NCBI GenBank assembly: GCA_946542925.1
Contig: CAMNLA010000006.1
Coordinates: forward strand, 19,512-83,511
Origin: an uncultured bacterium
Lineage (GTDB): Bacteria; Bacteroidota; Bacteroidia; Bacteroidales; Paludibacteraceae
Length of the DNA stretch: 64,000 bases
Direction: 5' to 3'
Position 1 is the stretch's first letter. Every line of letters begins with the position of its first letter. The notes under the pieces are model-generated. The model saw nothing but the letters and a program-made list of their open reading frames with translations. It was not told the origin of the DNA and ran no database searches. Of this stretch, positions 21,318 through 31,378 are shown in pieces. The position numbers and the translations under genes are program-made.

Positions 21318-21737
21318 ATGGAAGAATACACCAGTGATGTAAAGATTATCGCTGCGAACGATGTCAACGTCTTCGCCAAACTTAGCAATCTCGAAAATCT
21401 GCAACAATACAAAGACCTTATACCCGAAACAAGTGGAATAAGGGATTTGAAAAGCGATCGAGATACAGTTAGTTTCAACATTAATCCTGTTGGAGAAATA
21501 AAATTATCCATCATAGAAAGGGAACCCAATAGAACCATTAAATTTGGGGTAATGCAGTCTCCCATTGCCGCAAACTTTTGGATACAGTTGCTCAAGACGA
21601 ACGAGAAAGAGACAAAACTTCGATTAACTCTAAAAGCAGATCTCCCATTCATGATTAAAGTAATGGTCGGTTCCAAGATACAAGACGGCATCAACCGTTT
21701 TGCCGATTTATTGGCTCAATTACCATATGAACCATAG
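21318..21737 (+). CDS. Small hypothetical protein (possibly SRPBCC/START-like fold)
   Basis: 139 aa, soluble, and tightly packed between pyrE and argH. The fold assignment rests only on my memory of Bacteroidales synteny. No motif could be verified. Confidence 0.4.
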   Translation: MEEYTSDVKIIAANDVNVFAKLSNLENLQQYKDLIPETSGIRDLKSDRDTVSFNINPVGEIKLSIIEREPNRTIKFGVMQSPIAANFWIQLLKTNEKETKLRLTLKADLPFMIKVMVGSKIQDGINRFADLLAQLPYEP

Positions 21738-21773
21738 AAAATTTGTAAAAAGTCAAAACCAAAAGGCATAAAA

Positions 21774-23126
21774 ATGGCAGAAATGAAACTTTGGGACAAG
21801 GGACATCCCGTTGATAAAGACATTGAAAAATACACTGTCGGAAAGGACCGAGAAATGGATCTTTTTCTTGCCAAATCCGACGTGACAGGCTCAATGGCTC
21901 ATATTACCATGCTAGAAAGCGTAGGTCTGCTAAAAAAGGATGAATTAGATTGCCTGCTAAAAGAATTGAGAACTATCTACCGGGAAATTGAGAAAGGATC
22001 CTTCTCCATCGAACCAAATGTAGAAGACATCCACTCTCAAGTTGAATTGATGTTGACACGCAAACTTGGTGACCTTGGCAAGAAGATTCATAGTGGACGA
22101 TCTCGCAATGATCAAGTGCTAGTGGACTTAAAATTATTTACCCGGAGGAAAATATTCGAATTAGCAAAAGCGGTCAATAGTTTGTTTCTTACTTTAGAAG
22201 AACAATCAGAAAAATACAAGAATGTCCTTATGCCCGGCTATACACACCTGCAAGTCGCGATGCCTTCGTCTTTCGGTCTATGGTTTGGTGCCTACGCAGA
22301 ATCCCTGACAGACGACATACAGCTCTTGCTTGCCGCTTGGAAAATTTGCAACCGGAACCCTCTAGGGAGTGCTGCGGGCTATGGCTCTTCCTTTCCCCTA
22401 AACCGCCAAATGACTAGTGATCTATTAGGTTTTGATGGTCTAAACTATAATGTTGTCTATGCCCAAATGGGACGAGGTAAAATGGAACGCTGCGTAGCCT
22501 ATGCTATTGCCTCAATTGCCAACACTATAGCCAAACTGGCTTTTGACGCATGTCTCTTCTCTAGTCAAAACTTTGGGTTTGTAAGACTTGCGGATGAATA
22601 CACAACAGGATCATCCATCATGCCTCACAAAAAGAACCCCGATGTCTTCGAACTGACTCGCGCCAAATGTAACAGACTACAAAGTTTACCAAGCGATATC
22701 CTACTTATCACGAACAATCTCCCGTCTGGATACTTCCGCGACCTACAAATTATTAAAGAACTTTTCTTGCCAGCTTTCGACGAATTAATTTCAGTCTTGA
22801 CGATGACACAACACATGATGAAGGACATCAAGGTTAATGAAAATATTCTTGAAGACAAACGCTATGATTCTATGTTCTCAGTAGAAGAAGTCAATCGTCT
22901 GGTTAGCGAAGAGGGAATGCCATTCCGCGATGCCTATAAAAAAGTAGGTCTTGAGATCGAGGACGGTCGGTTTTGTCCAAACAAGAACATCCAACATTCT
23001 CATGAAGGCAGCATCGGGAATCTGTGTACTGAACAGGTCAAGTCATACATGAAACAGATTCTGAATGAATTCTCTTTCGAACGAGCCTTCTCTGCGGAGC
23101 AGAAACTCGTTCAAGGAGAAGATTAA
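21774..23126 (+). CDS. argH: Argininosuccinate lyase
   Basis: It carries the fumarate-lyase signature GSSIMPHKKNPDVFE, plus SGRSRNDQV and TGSMAHITML. Confidence 0.95.
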   Translation: MAEMKLWDKGHPVDKDIEKYTVGKDREMDLFLAKSDVTGSMAHITMLESVGLLKKDELDCLLKELRTIYREIEKGSFSIEPNVEDIHSQVELMLTRKLGDLGKKIHSGRSRNDQVLVDLKLFTRRKIFELAKAVNSLFLTLEEQSEKYKNVLMPGYTHLQVAMPSSFGLWFGAYAESLTDDIQLLLAAWKICNRNPLGSAAGYGSSFPLNRQMTSDLLGFDGLNYNVVYAQMGRGKMERCVAYAIASIANTIAKLAFDACLFSSQNFGFVRLADEYTTGSSIMPHKKNPDVFELTRAKCNRLQSLPSDILLITNNLPSGYFRDLQIIKELFLPAFDELISVLTMTQHMMKDIKVNENILEDKRYDSMFSVEEVNRLVSEEGMPFRDAYKKVGLEIEDGRFCPNKNIQHSHEGSIGNLCTEQVKSYMKQILNEFSFERAFSAEQKLVQGED

Positions 23127-23129
23127 GAC

Positions 23130-24368
23130 ATGTTCAATCGCATCAGACACTCCGAAATCCTCCTGAATGGCATCAAACTGATATCTGCCTCTTCTCTTAG
23201 CCAACTTGTTGCCGTTCTCGCATATCCCTTCATCACCCGTCTATATGATCCGAGTTCTCTAGGGCAACTGAGCCTCTTTCTCGCTTTGGTAGGACTTGGC
23301 TGCATTCTTGCATCTGCTCAATATGAAAATGCCATCATGATTGAAACGGACAGCAGAAATGCAGCAACCGTAGTAGACATTTGTTTTCTTCTTGCTATAA
23401 TCACAAGTTTTCTCATCTTCGTCATCTCCTATTCTTTTTTCTTGTTTCTGGGAGATGACTATTGTTTTCTGCTTCTCGTCGCTCCGCTCACACTATTATC
23501 ATCAACAGGATGGGTCTATTCGTTTTGGTGCAATCGCAATAACCATTTTGGCCACTCTGCTGCATATACAGCCATACAAAGTCTTGTTTCTTCTGGCATG
23601 AAGATAACTTTGGGGTTGTTTCATCTTCAAAAATGGGGGCTCATACTCGCCACCTTCGTTGGACAGATTGTCGGTCTTTTCAGTATCATCTTTTACCGCC
23701 CAAAGAAAAACGCACATCTTTTCCAATTCTCATTCAACAGAATGCAGATCCTTGCCCACAAACACATCAACTTCCCAAAATATACTCTTCTTCACCGATT
23801 ATTGAATACCGTTGTAAATAATCTGCCTATTCTTGTTTTACCTTTAGCCTTTGACATGGCAGATATCGGTTTTTTTGCTTTGGCCATAAACGTTAGTTTG
23901 AAACCAGTTCTGTCGTTTGCACGCTTAGCAAACCAAGTTCTGTTTCATCGTATCGGAAGAAATCATCGTAACGGTATCAAAAGTTATCGACAATTGTTGC
24001 TCTTCTTTCTGAAGATATTACGTATTGCCATTCCTCTATTACTTATTATCTACATTATTCTGCCTCACACGACAATATTCATCTTTGGAGACGGATGGCA
24101 GAAAACCGGACAATTATTACAAATAATATTACCGTGGATTCTGGCATCATTTCTAGCCCAAACTCTTAATTTCATTCCATTTGTCTTTTCCAAACAACGA
24201 GAGGCTTTTATATTCGAGATTATCGGAACACTGCTTCAATGTTGCATTCTAATCTTTGGCCTTCATTTAGAAAACTTGACCCTTGCCATCACTCTTCTTT
24301 CTTGCACAAATACAATATTTTATATTAGCCAAATTTGGTGGTACTTCTATTTGCTGAAGAACAACTAG
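23130..24368 (+). CDS. Wzx-like oligosaccharide flippase (MOP superfamily)
   Basis: 412 aa and strongly hydrophobic throughout, with roughly 12 TM segments. The N-terminal pattern ISASSLSQLVAVLAYPFITRLYDPSSLGQLSLF is typical of polysaccharide biosynthesis or translocase proteins. The start lies 3 nt after the argH stop. Confidence 0.7.
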   Translation: MFNRIRHSEILLNGIKLISASSLSQLVAVLAYPFITRLYDPSSLGQLSLFLALVGLGCILASAQYENAIMIETDSRNAATVVDICFLLAIITSFLIFVISYSFFLFLGDDYCFLLLVAPLTLLSSTGWVYSFWCNRNNHFGHSAAYTAIQSLVSSGMKITLGLFHLQKWGLILATFVGQIVGLFSIIFYRPKKNAHLFQFSFNRMQILAHKHINFPKYTLLHRLLNTVVNNLPILVLPLAFDMADIGFFALAINVSLKPVLSFARLANQVLFHRIGRNHRNGIKSYRQLLLFFLKILRIAIPLLLIIYIILPHTTIFIFGDGWQKTGQLLQIILPWILASFLAQTLNFIPFVFSKQREAFIFEIIGTLLQCCILIFGLHLENLTLAITLLSCTNTIFYISQIWWYFYLLKNN

Positions 24369-25657
24369 ACATTCTTCGCAGTTTGTTTGCGTATTTTACG
24401 ACATGCATAACGGCAATAGGACATCTCACAAATTCCAGCAAAAGTCATAGCAAAAGCGACAGCAAGAACTTCATAGTTAGGCAGAATTCGATCAAAGACC
24501 GAAGCCAGGATAAGATACCCGAAAAGACAGGTTATGAGAGAGACAATCTGCGTCATCGTTACATACGAGTAATGGTTCTCAGGAACAAAGATAAACTGCT
24601 GAAATGCAGCGGAAAGCAGAGATGCGTAAACCGTAAAACTAAGAACCACAGCAACAGGGTAAGCCAAGAGCATTTCATGTCCACCCAGTATCCAAACAAC
24701 AGGATAACCCAAAAAAAGAATGCCACATATGACAGCGAAAGATACATACCTCTCATATCGCAGAACACGGTATATGCGAGACGAATTTGTATTCTCCATG
24801 ATTTCTGGAAACAGAACAGTATTAATACTTTGTGTGAAATTCTTGACTATAGTAACAAGCTTATTTCCCAAATCGAAAATAGAAACCTCAGTCATACCAA
24901 TGAAGACACCGACAAGTACACTGAGAGTACTAGTCTTAAGCTGACCAAAAAAATATGCCCCGAAAAAAGGCAGACACTCTCTGACTTCTTCTTTCAATCC
25001 TTCGACCGTCACTCGTACTGGACGGAGTCCTTCTCCAACAAAGAGCCAAAATAAAGACCAGAGCGAAGTGGACATGAGGGATATTGAAGTAATGCACATG
25101 TAGGTAACATTATCATCTGGTCCTTTAATAAACAGGAAAACGGCAGGAATCATCAATAAGCGAAAAATGATTGTCGTAACACTAGTAATACGCAACTTTT
25201 TTATAGCTTGGTAAAACCACTGAACATTGAAGAGTTCCGCAAATAACATTCCGAAAGAGAAAAAAAACAGTTTTTTATGCTGAGACAATAAAGGACTTAC
25301 ATAAATCGTCACGATAAATGGTATGGAAACAAGCAGAAACACACACACTTTGATTGTCAACACCTCCATCAATACTCGACTCTGTCGGGTTCTATCTCCT
25401 TGACACTCAACAATGCGCTTAGCCGGTGGTATATCCAGCCCAAATGAAATAATCTGGACAGCATAGCATGCGATTGCTTGGGCAAAAACAAAATATCCAT
25501 AACTGTCTGCTCCAATACGTCGAATGACGAAAGGATATAAAACAATTCCAATAAGTGGACTAATAAAATTCACCAATGAAATCCAAGCATAGTTTTCTAG
25601 CACCCCTGTTCGTTGCAAACCCCCTATAAATCGTCCAACTCTCTCAAACAACTGCAT
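24365..25657 (-). CDS. Wzx-like polysaccharide flippase (second, convergent copy)
   Basis: 430 aa polytopic protein with N-terminal VLENYAWISLVNFISPLIGIVLYPFVIRRIGADSYGYFVF. Its stop codon shares the palindrome CTAG (24365-24368) with the + strand flippase. Confidence 0.7.
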   Translation of the reverse strand: MQLFERVGRFIGGLQRTGVLENYAWISLVNFISPLIGIVLYPFVIRRIGADSYGYFVFAQAIACYAVQIISFGLDIPPAKRIVECQGDRTRQSRVLMEVLTIKVCVFLLVSIPFIVTIYVSPLLSQHKKLFFFSFGMLFAELFNVQWFYQAIKKLRITSVTTIIFRLLMIPAVFLFIKGPDDNVTYMCITSISLMSTSLWSLFWLFVGEGLRPVRVTVEGLKEEVRECLPFFGAYFFGQLKTSTLSVLVGVFIGMTEVSIFDLGNKLVTIVKNFTQSINTVLFPEIMENTNSSRIYRVLRYERYVSFAVICGILFLGYPVVWILGGHEMLLAYPVAVVLSFTVYASLLSAAFQQFIFVPENHYSYVTMTQIVSLITCLFGYLILASVFDRILPNYEVLAVAFAMTFAGICEMSYCRYACRKIRKQTAKNV

Positions 25658-25687
25658 TTGACAAAATGTTTCTTTCTTTTATCCTAT

Positions 25688-26662
25688 TTACCAACGTGAT
25701 AAAATTCGCTCCAGTGGGATATTTCCTATTTTAGCTGCCGTCTCTGGAAAACCACTAACATACATCTCATCAATAGCTGGAGAATAAATTTTTTTTGCTT
25801 TAGATAGCATCAACAAATCAAGAATTGACTTTCCATACGTAGCAAAAGAGGCTCCTTTGATTGTGTCTTCATGCGCACCCTTCCCTTTTAACGGAAAAAT
25901 CCCTTTTCTATTGTCCATAAGAGCGAGAAACCTTGTACTGTCAGACGTTACGAGCAACGGAAGATTCTCCCTTCTCTGGATTTTGGAAAGACAAGAAAGG
26001 CCCCATTCTGCCAAATCGTTCTGACGAGAGATCGAGAGAGGCTGTAAGTCATATTCCGGATAATCACCAAAAATATTTTGGAAGCGAAATGCCACACCAA
26101 TATATTCAGATCCAATCTGTTCGCGATATGTTTTCATTTGCTTCTGCAAAAAATCACATGGAATAAACAACTCCGACCATAGGGACGACCAACTAAATTT
26201 TGTCCCAAAACGCTCGTTGATTAGCGCCACTATATCGCGGTTGGCATTAACGTGTAATTGACGATTCGTCCTGCTTTCCTTAAGGAGACGATTAATGTTC
26301 GCATCTCCTATAATGCGCAAAAGACGACTATTCAGAAAGTTACAGGAGAGTTCTTCTGTTCGCAAGCGCCAGTCATAGACTCCTGGCAAAAAATAATCTT
26401 GAAGGTCGAACGGGAAAATATAATGGATACGAAATGGCCTATGGATGGCTTTACAAAACGCATAAAGCGATACTATACCTTTGAATCTATCACATAGTCC
26501 CCCATGAAAACCAGAACCATCTACCTCAAATACAACTATTTTTTCTTGTCCCCAAGTTCCCCATAGAGGATAACGTCTAATTGAACCTAAAACATCACGC
26601 AGGCTGGGAGTAAGCGGTGACAAAAATAAATCTTTCAGTTTACTAAATTGAAAAATAAACAT
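25688..26662 (-). CDS. Hypothetical protein, possibly a fucosyltransferase-like glycosyltransferase
   Basis: Soluble protein. YIGVAFRFQNIFGDY and the C-terminal ILDLLMLSKAKKIYSPAIDEMYVSGF resemble motifs of GT11/O-fucosyltransferase-like families as I remember them. The start is placed at the internal MFIFQFSKL, because the longer ORF would overlap the upstream gene by 46 nt. Confidence 0.4.
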   Translation of the reverse strand: MFIFQFSKLKDLFLSPLTPSLRDVLGSIRRYPLWGTWGQEKIVVFEVDGSGFHGGLCDRFKGIVSLYAFCKAIHRPFRIHYIFPFDLQDYFLPGVYDWRLRTEELSCNFLNSRLLRIIGDANINRLLKESRTNRQLHVNANRDIVALINERFGTKFSWSSLWSELFIPCDFLQKQMKTYREQIGSEYIGVAFRFQNIFGDYPEYDLQPLSISRQNDLAEWGLSCLSKIQRRENLPLLVTSDSTRFLALMDNRKGIFPLKGKGAHEDTIKGASFATYGKSILDLLMLSKAKKIYSPAIDEMYVSGFPETAAKIGNIPLERILSRW

Positions 26663-26664
26663 TT

Positions 26665-27585
26665 TCAAGACCTCTCTCCTTTCAGACGATGATAAATCTG
26701 GACCAGCCATTCTGGATGAAGTCGACTTACTTTGTAGTATATCTGTTCCTGAGCTCCAAATCCACGATAAAAACGAGAAACCCCATCTATCATCGATCCC
26801 TCAAAATCTAAGATAAGAGACTGAGCACAGTTGAGGCGTATTATCTCATCCACCAAACGGAACATTGCCGACTGGCGTCGTCCTTCTGGAGAGGACGCAG
26901 GCAACAGATAAATAAGACGATGGTCGGTTCTCAGCAGAAACGATACCGCCAAAAGCTCTGACGATAATGGGTGACGAACGCCCAGCAAAATGGATGATCC
27001 TTGCGACTTTGCCGCCTCGAACAGCGAAACAAGAAGGGATGGAGAAGCAATATTATATCTGTTATTTCTCTGACAAAACGGCAAAAATTCTTCAAAAGTA
27101 ATAGTAGAAACCAGCAAGTCAGATGATTTACGAACATTTCGGCGCGTATTGTCCGAATATGATTTAAAAAGAGTCTCATATGTCCGATCTAATAGTATTG
27201 TAAGATTTGTACGTCGCTTAGTTCTGAAAGGCAATGATTCTATAGGATTGCTTTCATTCAATTGAAGTACAAAACTTTTGTATGGAATGGCCTGAAGAAA
27301 AGCTTTTACTTCTTTTTCTAAAAGTGGTCTAGAAGAAAATAGGCCTAATTGCTGCGTTAAAACAGGCTGAACTAAACGCCGAATACCACATAATGGTTTG
27401 ACAGGAAGTGGAAAAATCACATCATAATCATTTTCCCCAGAAACTGATACAAGACCCTCCCAACCAGGAGACACGACGTCTAAATACCATGACATTGCAT
27501 ACGGAAGACCTACTGTTGCGGACGACGCTACAGCATCCCATTGAAGGCGATTTATTTCTTCATGGTGCAGATGTCGAATAATCAC
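26665..27585 (-). CDS. FemAB-like / GNAT-fold acyltransferase-like protein
   Basis: 306 aa. The N-terminus EINRLQWDAVASSATVGLPYAMSWYLDVVSPGWEGLV resembles uncharacterised FemAB-family or BioF2-like acetyltransferase proteins, from memory only. It is first in a three-gene minus-strand operon that also holds the GT-like gene and a flippase. Confidence 0.45.
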   Translation of the reverse strand: MIIRHLHHEEINRLQWDAVASSATVGLPYAMSWYLDVVSPGWEGLVSVSGENDYDVIFPLPVKPLCGIRRLVQPVLTQQLGLFSSRPLLEKEVKAFLQAIPYKSFVLQLNESNPIESLPFRTKRRTNLTILLDRTYETLFKSYSDNTRRNVRKSSDLLVSTITFEEFLPFCQRNNRYNIASPSLLVSLFEAAKSQGSSILLGVRHPLSSELLAVSFLLRTDHRLIYLLPASSPEGRRQSAMFRLVDEIIRLNCAQSLILDFEGSMIDGVSRFYRGFGAQEQIYYKVSRLHPEWLVQIYHRLKGERS

Positions 27586-27619
27586 ATTAGAAATTTTTAC
27601 TCACTTTTACAAAATTAGA

Positions 27620-27627
27620 TAATTTTG
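27620..27627 (+). promoter_or_regulatory. Candidate -7 promoter element (TAATTTTG) for comF-like gene
   Basis: Matches TAnnTTTG. It lies 45 nt upstream of the ATG at 27672. Confidence 0.3.
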
Positions 27628-27671
27628 TCGGATGAGCAAGAAAAACAGCCAGAGCAATCCGCAAGACCATC

Positions 27672-28436
27672 ATGATAAAAAAAACTTCTCATTTCATTTT
27701 CTCTCTCACCAAGAGGCTTCTAGACCTGACCTTCCCGCCTGTCTGCGAAGCTTGTGGCCGTTTACTTGTTGAGGGAGAACATATTATCTGTACGCACTGT
27801 TTTGTCAATCTTCAAAGATCTGATAACCAACAAGGGAACTCTCTAGAACAAAAGTTCTGGGGGCGTGCTCCTATTGAACGTGCTGTTTCGATAAGCCCTT
27901 TCATGAAAGGTAGTATAATTCAGATTCTAATCCACTCTTTAAAATACAAGAATCGAAAAGAAATAGGTTTTTATTTAGGACGTATATTATCAGAAATCTT
28001 GATTCAGGAACACATAGACCAAGATATAGACATAATCATTCCGATTCCTTTACATTGGAGGAGAAAGAAAAAGAGGGGTTATAATCAAAGCGAACTTATT
28101 GCGATTGGCATCGCAGAAGGCTTAAACCGACATCGCCAAAACAGGGAGCCTGTCACCATAGAGACCAAATGTGCACAAAGAATGGTCAACACCGAAACTC
28201 AAACAATAAAAAACGGAGAAGAACGATGGAAGAATGTACAAGGTGCCTTTCAATTAAAAAATACAGAAAAACTTCTTGGAAAGAAAATCCTATTTGTAGA
28301 TGACGTAGTCACTACAGGTTCAACTTTGATTTCTCTTTTGGACTCACTGAGACAAATACAAGGGATTTGCCTTTATGTAGCATCTGCCACTTATGTCCCC
28401 CCTTCTTCCCCTATCGTGCCAAATACTTCCCGTTAA
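27672..28436 (+). CDS. ComF-family protein (phosphoribosyltransferase-like)
   Basis: It has N-terminal zinc-finger-like Cys pairs (PPVCEACGRLL...ICTHCFVNL) and the PRTase motif ILFVDDVVTTGSTL. Confidence 0.85.
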   Translation: MIKKTSHFIFSLTKRLLDLTFPPVCEACGRLLVEGEHIICTHCFVNLQRSDNQQGNSLEQKFWGRAPIERAVSISPFMKGSIIQILIHSLKYKNRKEIGFYLGRILSEILIQEHIDQDIDIIIPIPLHWRRKKKRGYNQSELIAIGIAEGLNRHRQNREPVTIETKCAQRMVNTETQTIKNGEERWKNVQGAFQLKNTEKLLGKKILFVDDVVTTGSTLISLLDSLRQIQGICLYVASATYVPPSSPIVPNTSR

Positions 28437-28482
28437 CCAATTCTGACCCTTGATGACAGTTGCGTTGATTCCCAGTTTATCC

Positions 28483-29313
28483 CTATTTCTTCTTCCCTAA
28501 ATAGGAGGAATTTGGTTGTTTCAAGCTTGAAGTTGATGCCAAGTAAGCCTTAACCGACCCAACTCGAATTTTAGCTTCCACGTATACTGGTATATGATTT
28601 TCGTCATCCGTAATCCACACTGTCATGGCGTCCTCCGAACGAAACACCTTTCCTTTGATGAGTTTAGGACGAAGTTTGATACAGCGATAACGTTCTCCAT
28701 TTTTAAGAGTAATATTCTCTTTACCTAAATAGCGCAAATTAAGATCGAATTTCTGGCCGTCATCGTCATATACAATAGAAAAAGGGATCGTCTGGCCCAA
28801 TTGTAAACTAGAAAAATTCTGTTCTCGCAAACGATAAAGCGCTGAGACAAGATCTGTCACAGTCCCCTTTAAATGTAACGTTTGTTTCTTTACATCCTTA
28901 TTTCGTCGATAACAATGCGTTCGTACTGTGGTCGATTGCGGAGTGACTTGATCAAAATAAAAATCATCCTGAGCCCAATAATTATCTTCATGAGCAACAC
29001 GCTGATAGAAATAAGGATACAATGTTTGCTTGTCTGCGTAGGAATATAGCGTATCGTAAACTTGATAAAAGCGAGCAAACGTTTTCAGAGTACGACCCGC
29101 AGCGACAAAATGATATGCAGGATGACCATTATAGATACCATTACGTACGGTAAAATCTACACGAGCAGCCTGCAGCCAGACAAAACCAATATTAAAGTAG
29201 GCATTATATGTTATTCGCTCTCCCGGTTTAAATGACGTCACTGCCGATGCCTTGAACGTGGGAATCTGAGCAAAAATCACGAAAATCAGCAAAAAAAAGT
29301 ATATTCGTTTCAT
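28483..29313 (-). CDS. DUF3108-like secreted protein
   Basis: It has a signal peptide (MKRIYFFLLIFVIFAQIPTFKA). GERITYNAYFNIGFVWLQAARVDFTV resembles the DUF3108 N-terminal beta-strand pattern as I recall it. Confidence 0.55.
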   Translation of the reverse strand: MKRIYFFLLIFVIFAQIPTFKASAVTSFKPGERITYNAYFNIGFVWLQAARVDFTVRNGIYNGHPAYHFVAAGRTLKTFARFYQVYDTLYSYADKQTLYPYFYQRVAHEDNYWAQDDFYFDQVTPQSTTVRTHCYRRNKDVKKQTLHLKGTVTDLVSALYRLREQNFSSLQLGQTIPFSIVYDDDGQKFDLNLRYLGKENITLKNGERYRCIKLRPKLIKGKVFRSEDAMTVWITDDENHIPVYVEAKIRVGSVKAYLASTSSLKQPNSSYLGKKK

Positions 29314-29382
29314 TGCGGCACTTCATTTTGTTTGTTATATTAGGGATTCCCTCGTCTATCTTATTTTGGCTTGTAAAACAAG

Positions 29383-31230
29383 TTATTGGAAGTCAATATC
29401 CCATCTTTGCTCTACATCCCAATTAGCTCGTAGACGGATTGTACCGTTAAAGTTGTATACTGTCTCTGGCTGTTTCCGACTTTTCCAATCTCCCGGAGTC
29501 CAAAAACCATCACCATTATCATCAACATACAAACGAATTCGGTATTCTCCCGGATTAAGATATTCAAATAGTGTGCCATCCGATTCTGCCAGACGTTCTC
29601 GTATCACTTCCCCCTTTTTTGCATCCAACAACTGAATCCTGCATTTCGACAAATCACCTCCAAAAACTGAAACCATCAACGATGAGAACTGATCGGCTCC
29701 TTTGATGGAAAACTCTGATTCCGAACTTTTGGATGACCTACCTAGAATATCCATTGTTGCGGCAGAATCAACACGTAAAAAATATGTTTTTTCCGAGTCC
29801 CAATCTACCCTGCACTCATATGCAAGTGCAACTTTTTCTTTAGACATCGAATCAAGTAATACGGGCACTAGGATAGGCAATGGTTCCTCTACCAATGCCG
29901 TATCTTTTTTACAATACAGATGTATGTGCGACATATCAAGCGATACCATCGGAGTAGAAGAGGAAATTCGAAGCGGTTCATGAATCGACACTTCTTTACG
30001 AGGAAGTAGAAGGCTATACTGTCCCGCATTGCCAGATGGAGATGCACTCCCTTTACTCCTATGCACATGACGATAATAGGCAGACACAGTATCTGTCTGA
30101 TCCTTCAGGTGATACGCAGTATCCTTAACTACGTAAGACACAGAAAACCGAAGAGTGTCTTTCTGATACAAACCTTCATCGGTTATATAACATGTGATTG
30201 TGTCATTCCTGTTTGAATAGTGGAAAGCTATTCGCCCTGGATTTTTTTCCAAGAGATGAATTTGTGGACGGACAGAAGTAGTATCATTCATATAGAACGT
30301 AACAACATGCTCTTGTTTCCGTTCTGTTTTTATGAGATATTGTTGTTTTCTCTCTCGAATCGAAAGTAACAACACTAAGTTGTCTGGGTAATAATGTGTC
30401 CTGCTGCGGAGCACTACCGAGTCCACCACCATGGAGTCACGCAAGACGTATGCTCTGCGTGGATTACGCTTTACAGATTTGCGCATCTCTCGGCGGATTA
30501 CCGGATCTTCTGTTGCATAATGACGCAAGGTATCGCTATAGGACTCTGTTTCAAAGTAGGTTTTTACTGGCGTCGCCAAGAAAGCAAAAGGCTCGCCATC
30601 ATCTAAAATGAGATTGAAATTATTATCTGATAGGGCACACACCTGATAGTTGCCATTCTTCAGTCCGCGAAAAGTAAACCGACCAGTGGTGTCTGTCCGT
30701 GACACGTAAAGAGGGATTTGCGACATAGGAGCGTCACTCTTTCCGTCGTAAAGGACTACCGTGATGCCGTTTTGTGGTGTAAGATCAGCCCCCGATACAA
30801 CAAGACCAGAGATTTCCATCGTATCTAACTGCTCTCCTGTAGAAAAAGTGTAATGTAAGTTTTTAACAGAATTCCCTTCATTTATGTCACGAATAGCATC
30901 CGCAAAATCTATGCTGTATGTTATGTTTGATCGCAACGTATCATTAAATTCAATTCTGACTTTTCGACCCGATGCTGAGTAGGAGGGCTTTTGTTGCTGT
31001 GGGGGAGAGACAGTTATTAGGCTCTGCGGATTAGACAACTGCACATACTCATCAAATACCAATTCTATTGATTTACCCGCAAAATGCACTGAAGATGGAC
31101 TTGGAGAAGACATGACAAATTTCGGAGCACGATTGTCTCGTAATCCCCCCTGCGGTCCATTGCCTCGATTGGCACAGGACACAACCATAACGATCATAAC
31201 CAGAGAAAGGAGAATTTGTTTCAGCCGCAT
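29383..31230 (-). CDS. Ig-like (SbsA/Big_5-type) domain lipoprotein
   Basis: It has a lipoprotein-type signal (LSLVMIVMVVSCANRG). The Ig-like N-terminal domain reads DNRAPKFVMSSPSPSSVHFAGKSIELVFDEYVQL. A carboxypeptidase-regulatory-like beta-sandwich segment follows (ISGLVVSGADLTPQNGITVVLYD...GRFTFRGLKNGNYQV). Confidence 0.6.
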   Translation of the reverse strand: MRLKQILLSLVMIVMVVSCANRGNGPQGGLRDNRAPKFVMSSPSPSSVHFAGKSIELVFDEYVQLSNPQSLITVSPPQQQKPSYSASGRKVRIEFNDTLRSNITYSIDFADAIRDINEGNSVKNLHYTFSTGEQLDTMEISGLVVSGADLTPQNGITVVLYDGKSDAPMSQIPLYVSRTDTTGRFTFRGLKNGNYQVCALSDNNFNLILDDGEPFAFLATPVKTYFETESYSDTLRHYATEDPVIRREMRKSVKRNPRRAYVLRDSMVVDSVVLRSRTHYYPDNLVLLLSIRERKQQYLIKTERKQEHVVTFYMNDTTSVRPQIHLLEKNPGRIAFHYSNRNDTITCYITDEGLYQKDTLRFSVSYVVKDTAYHLKDQTDTVSAYYRHVHRSKGSASPSGNAGQYSLLLPRKEVSIHEPLRISSSTPMVSLDMSHIHLYCKKDTALVEEPLPILVPVLLDSMSKEKVALAYECRVDWDSEKTYFLRVDSAATMDILGRSSKSSESEFSIKGADQFSSLMVSVFGGDLSKCRIQLLDAKKGEVIRERLAESDGTLFEYLNPGEYRIRLYVDDNGDGFWTPGDWKSRKQPETVYNFNGTIRLRANWDVEQRWDIDFQ

Positions 31231-31378
31231 ATTTCCTCAGGATACAATTACAATTGTCAACATCAGTCTTGACGATTCGCTTGACTTCCAATCGAAAAAG
31301 GACTTGCAAAAATAAGGTTTATTTCTTGCTTTACATTAAATTTGCAAAACGTTTTACGCTGATATTCTGATTTTGACA

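Noticed and set aside
24335-25054. 239-aa + strand ORF antisense to the second flippase
   Set aside because: The translation is K/R/N/S-rich and non-hydrophobic, typical of the reverse frame of an AT-rich membrane-protein gene. It has no motif.
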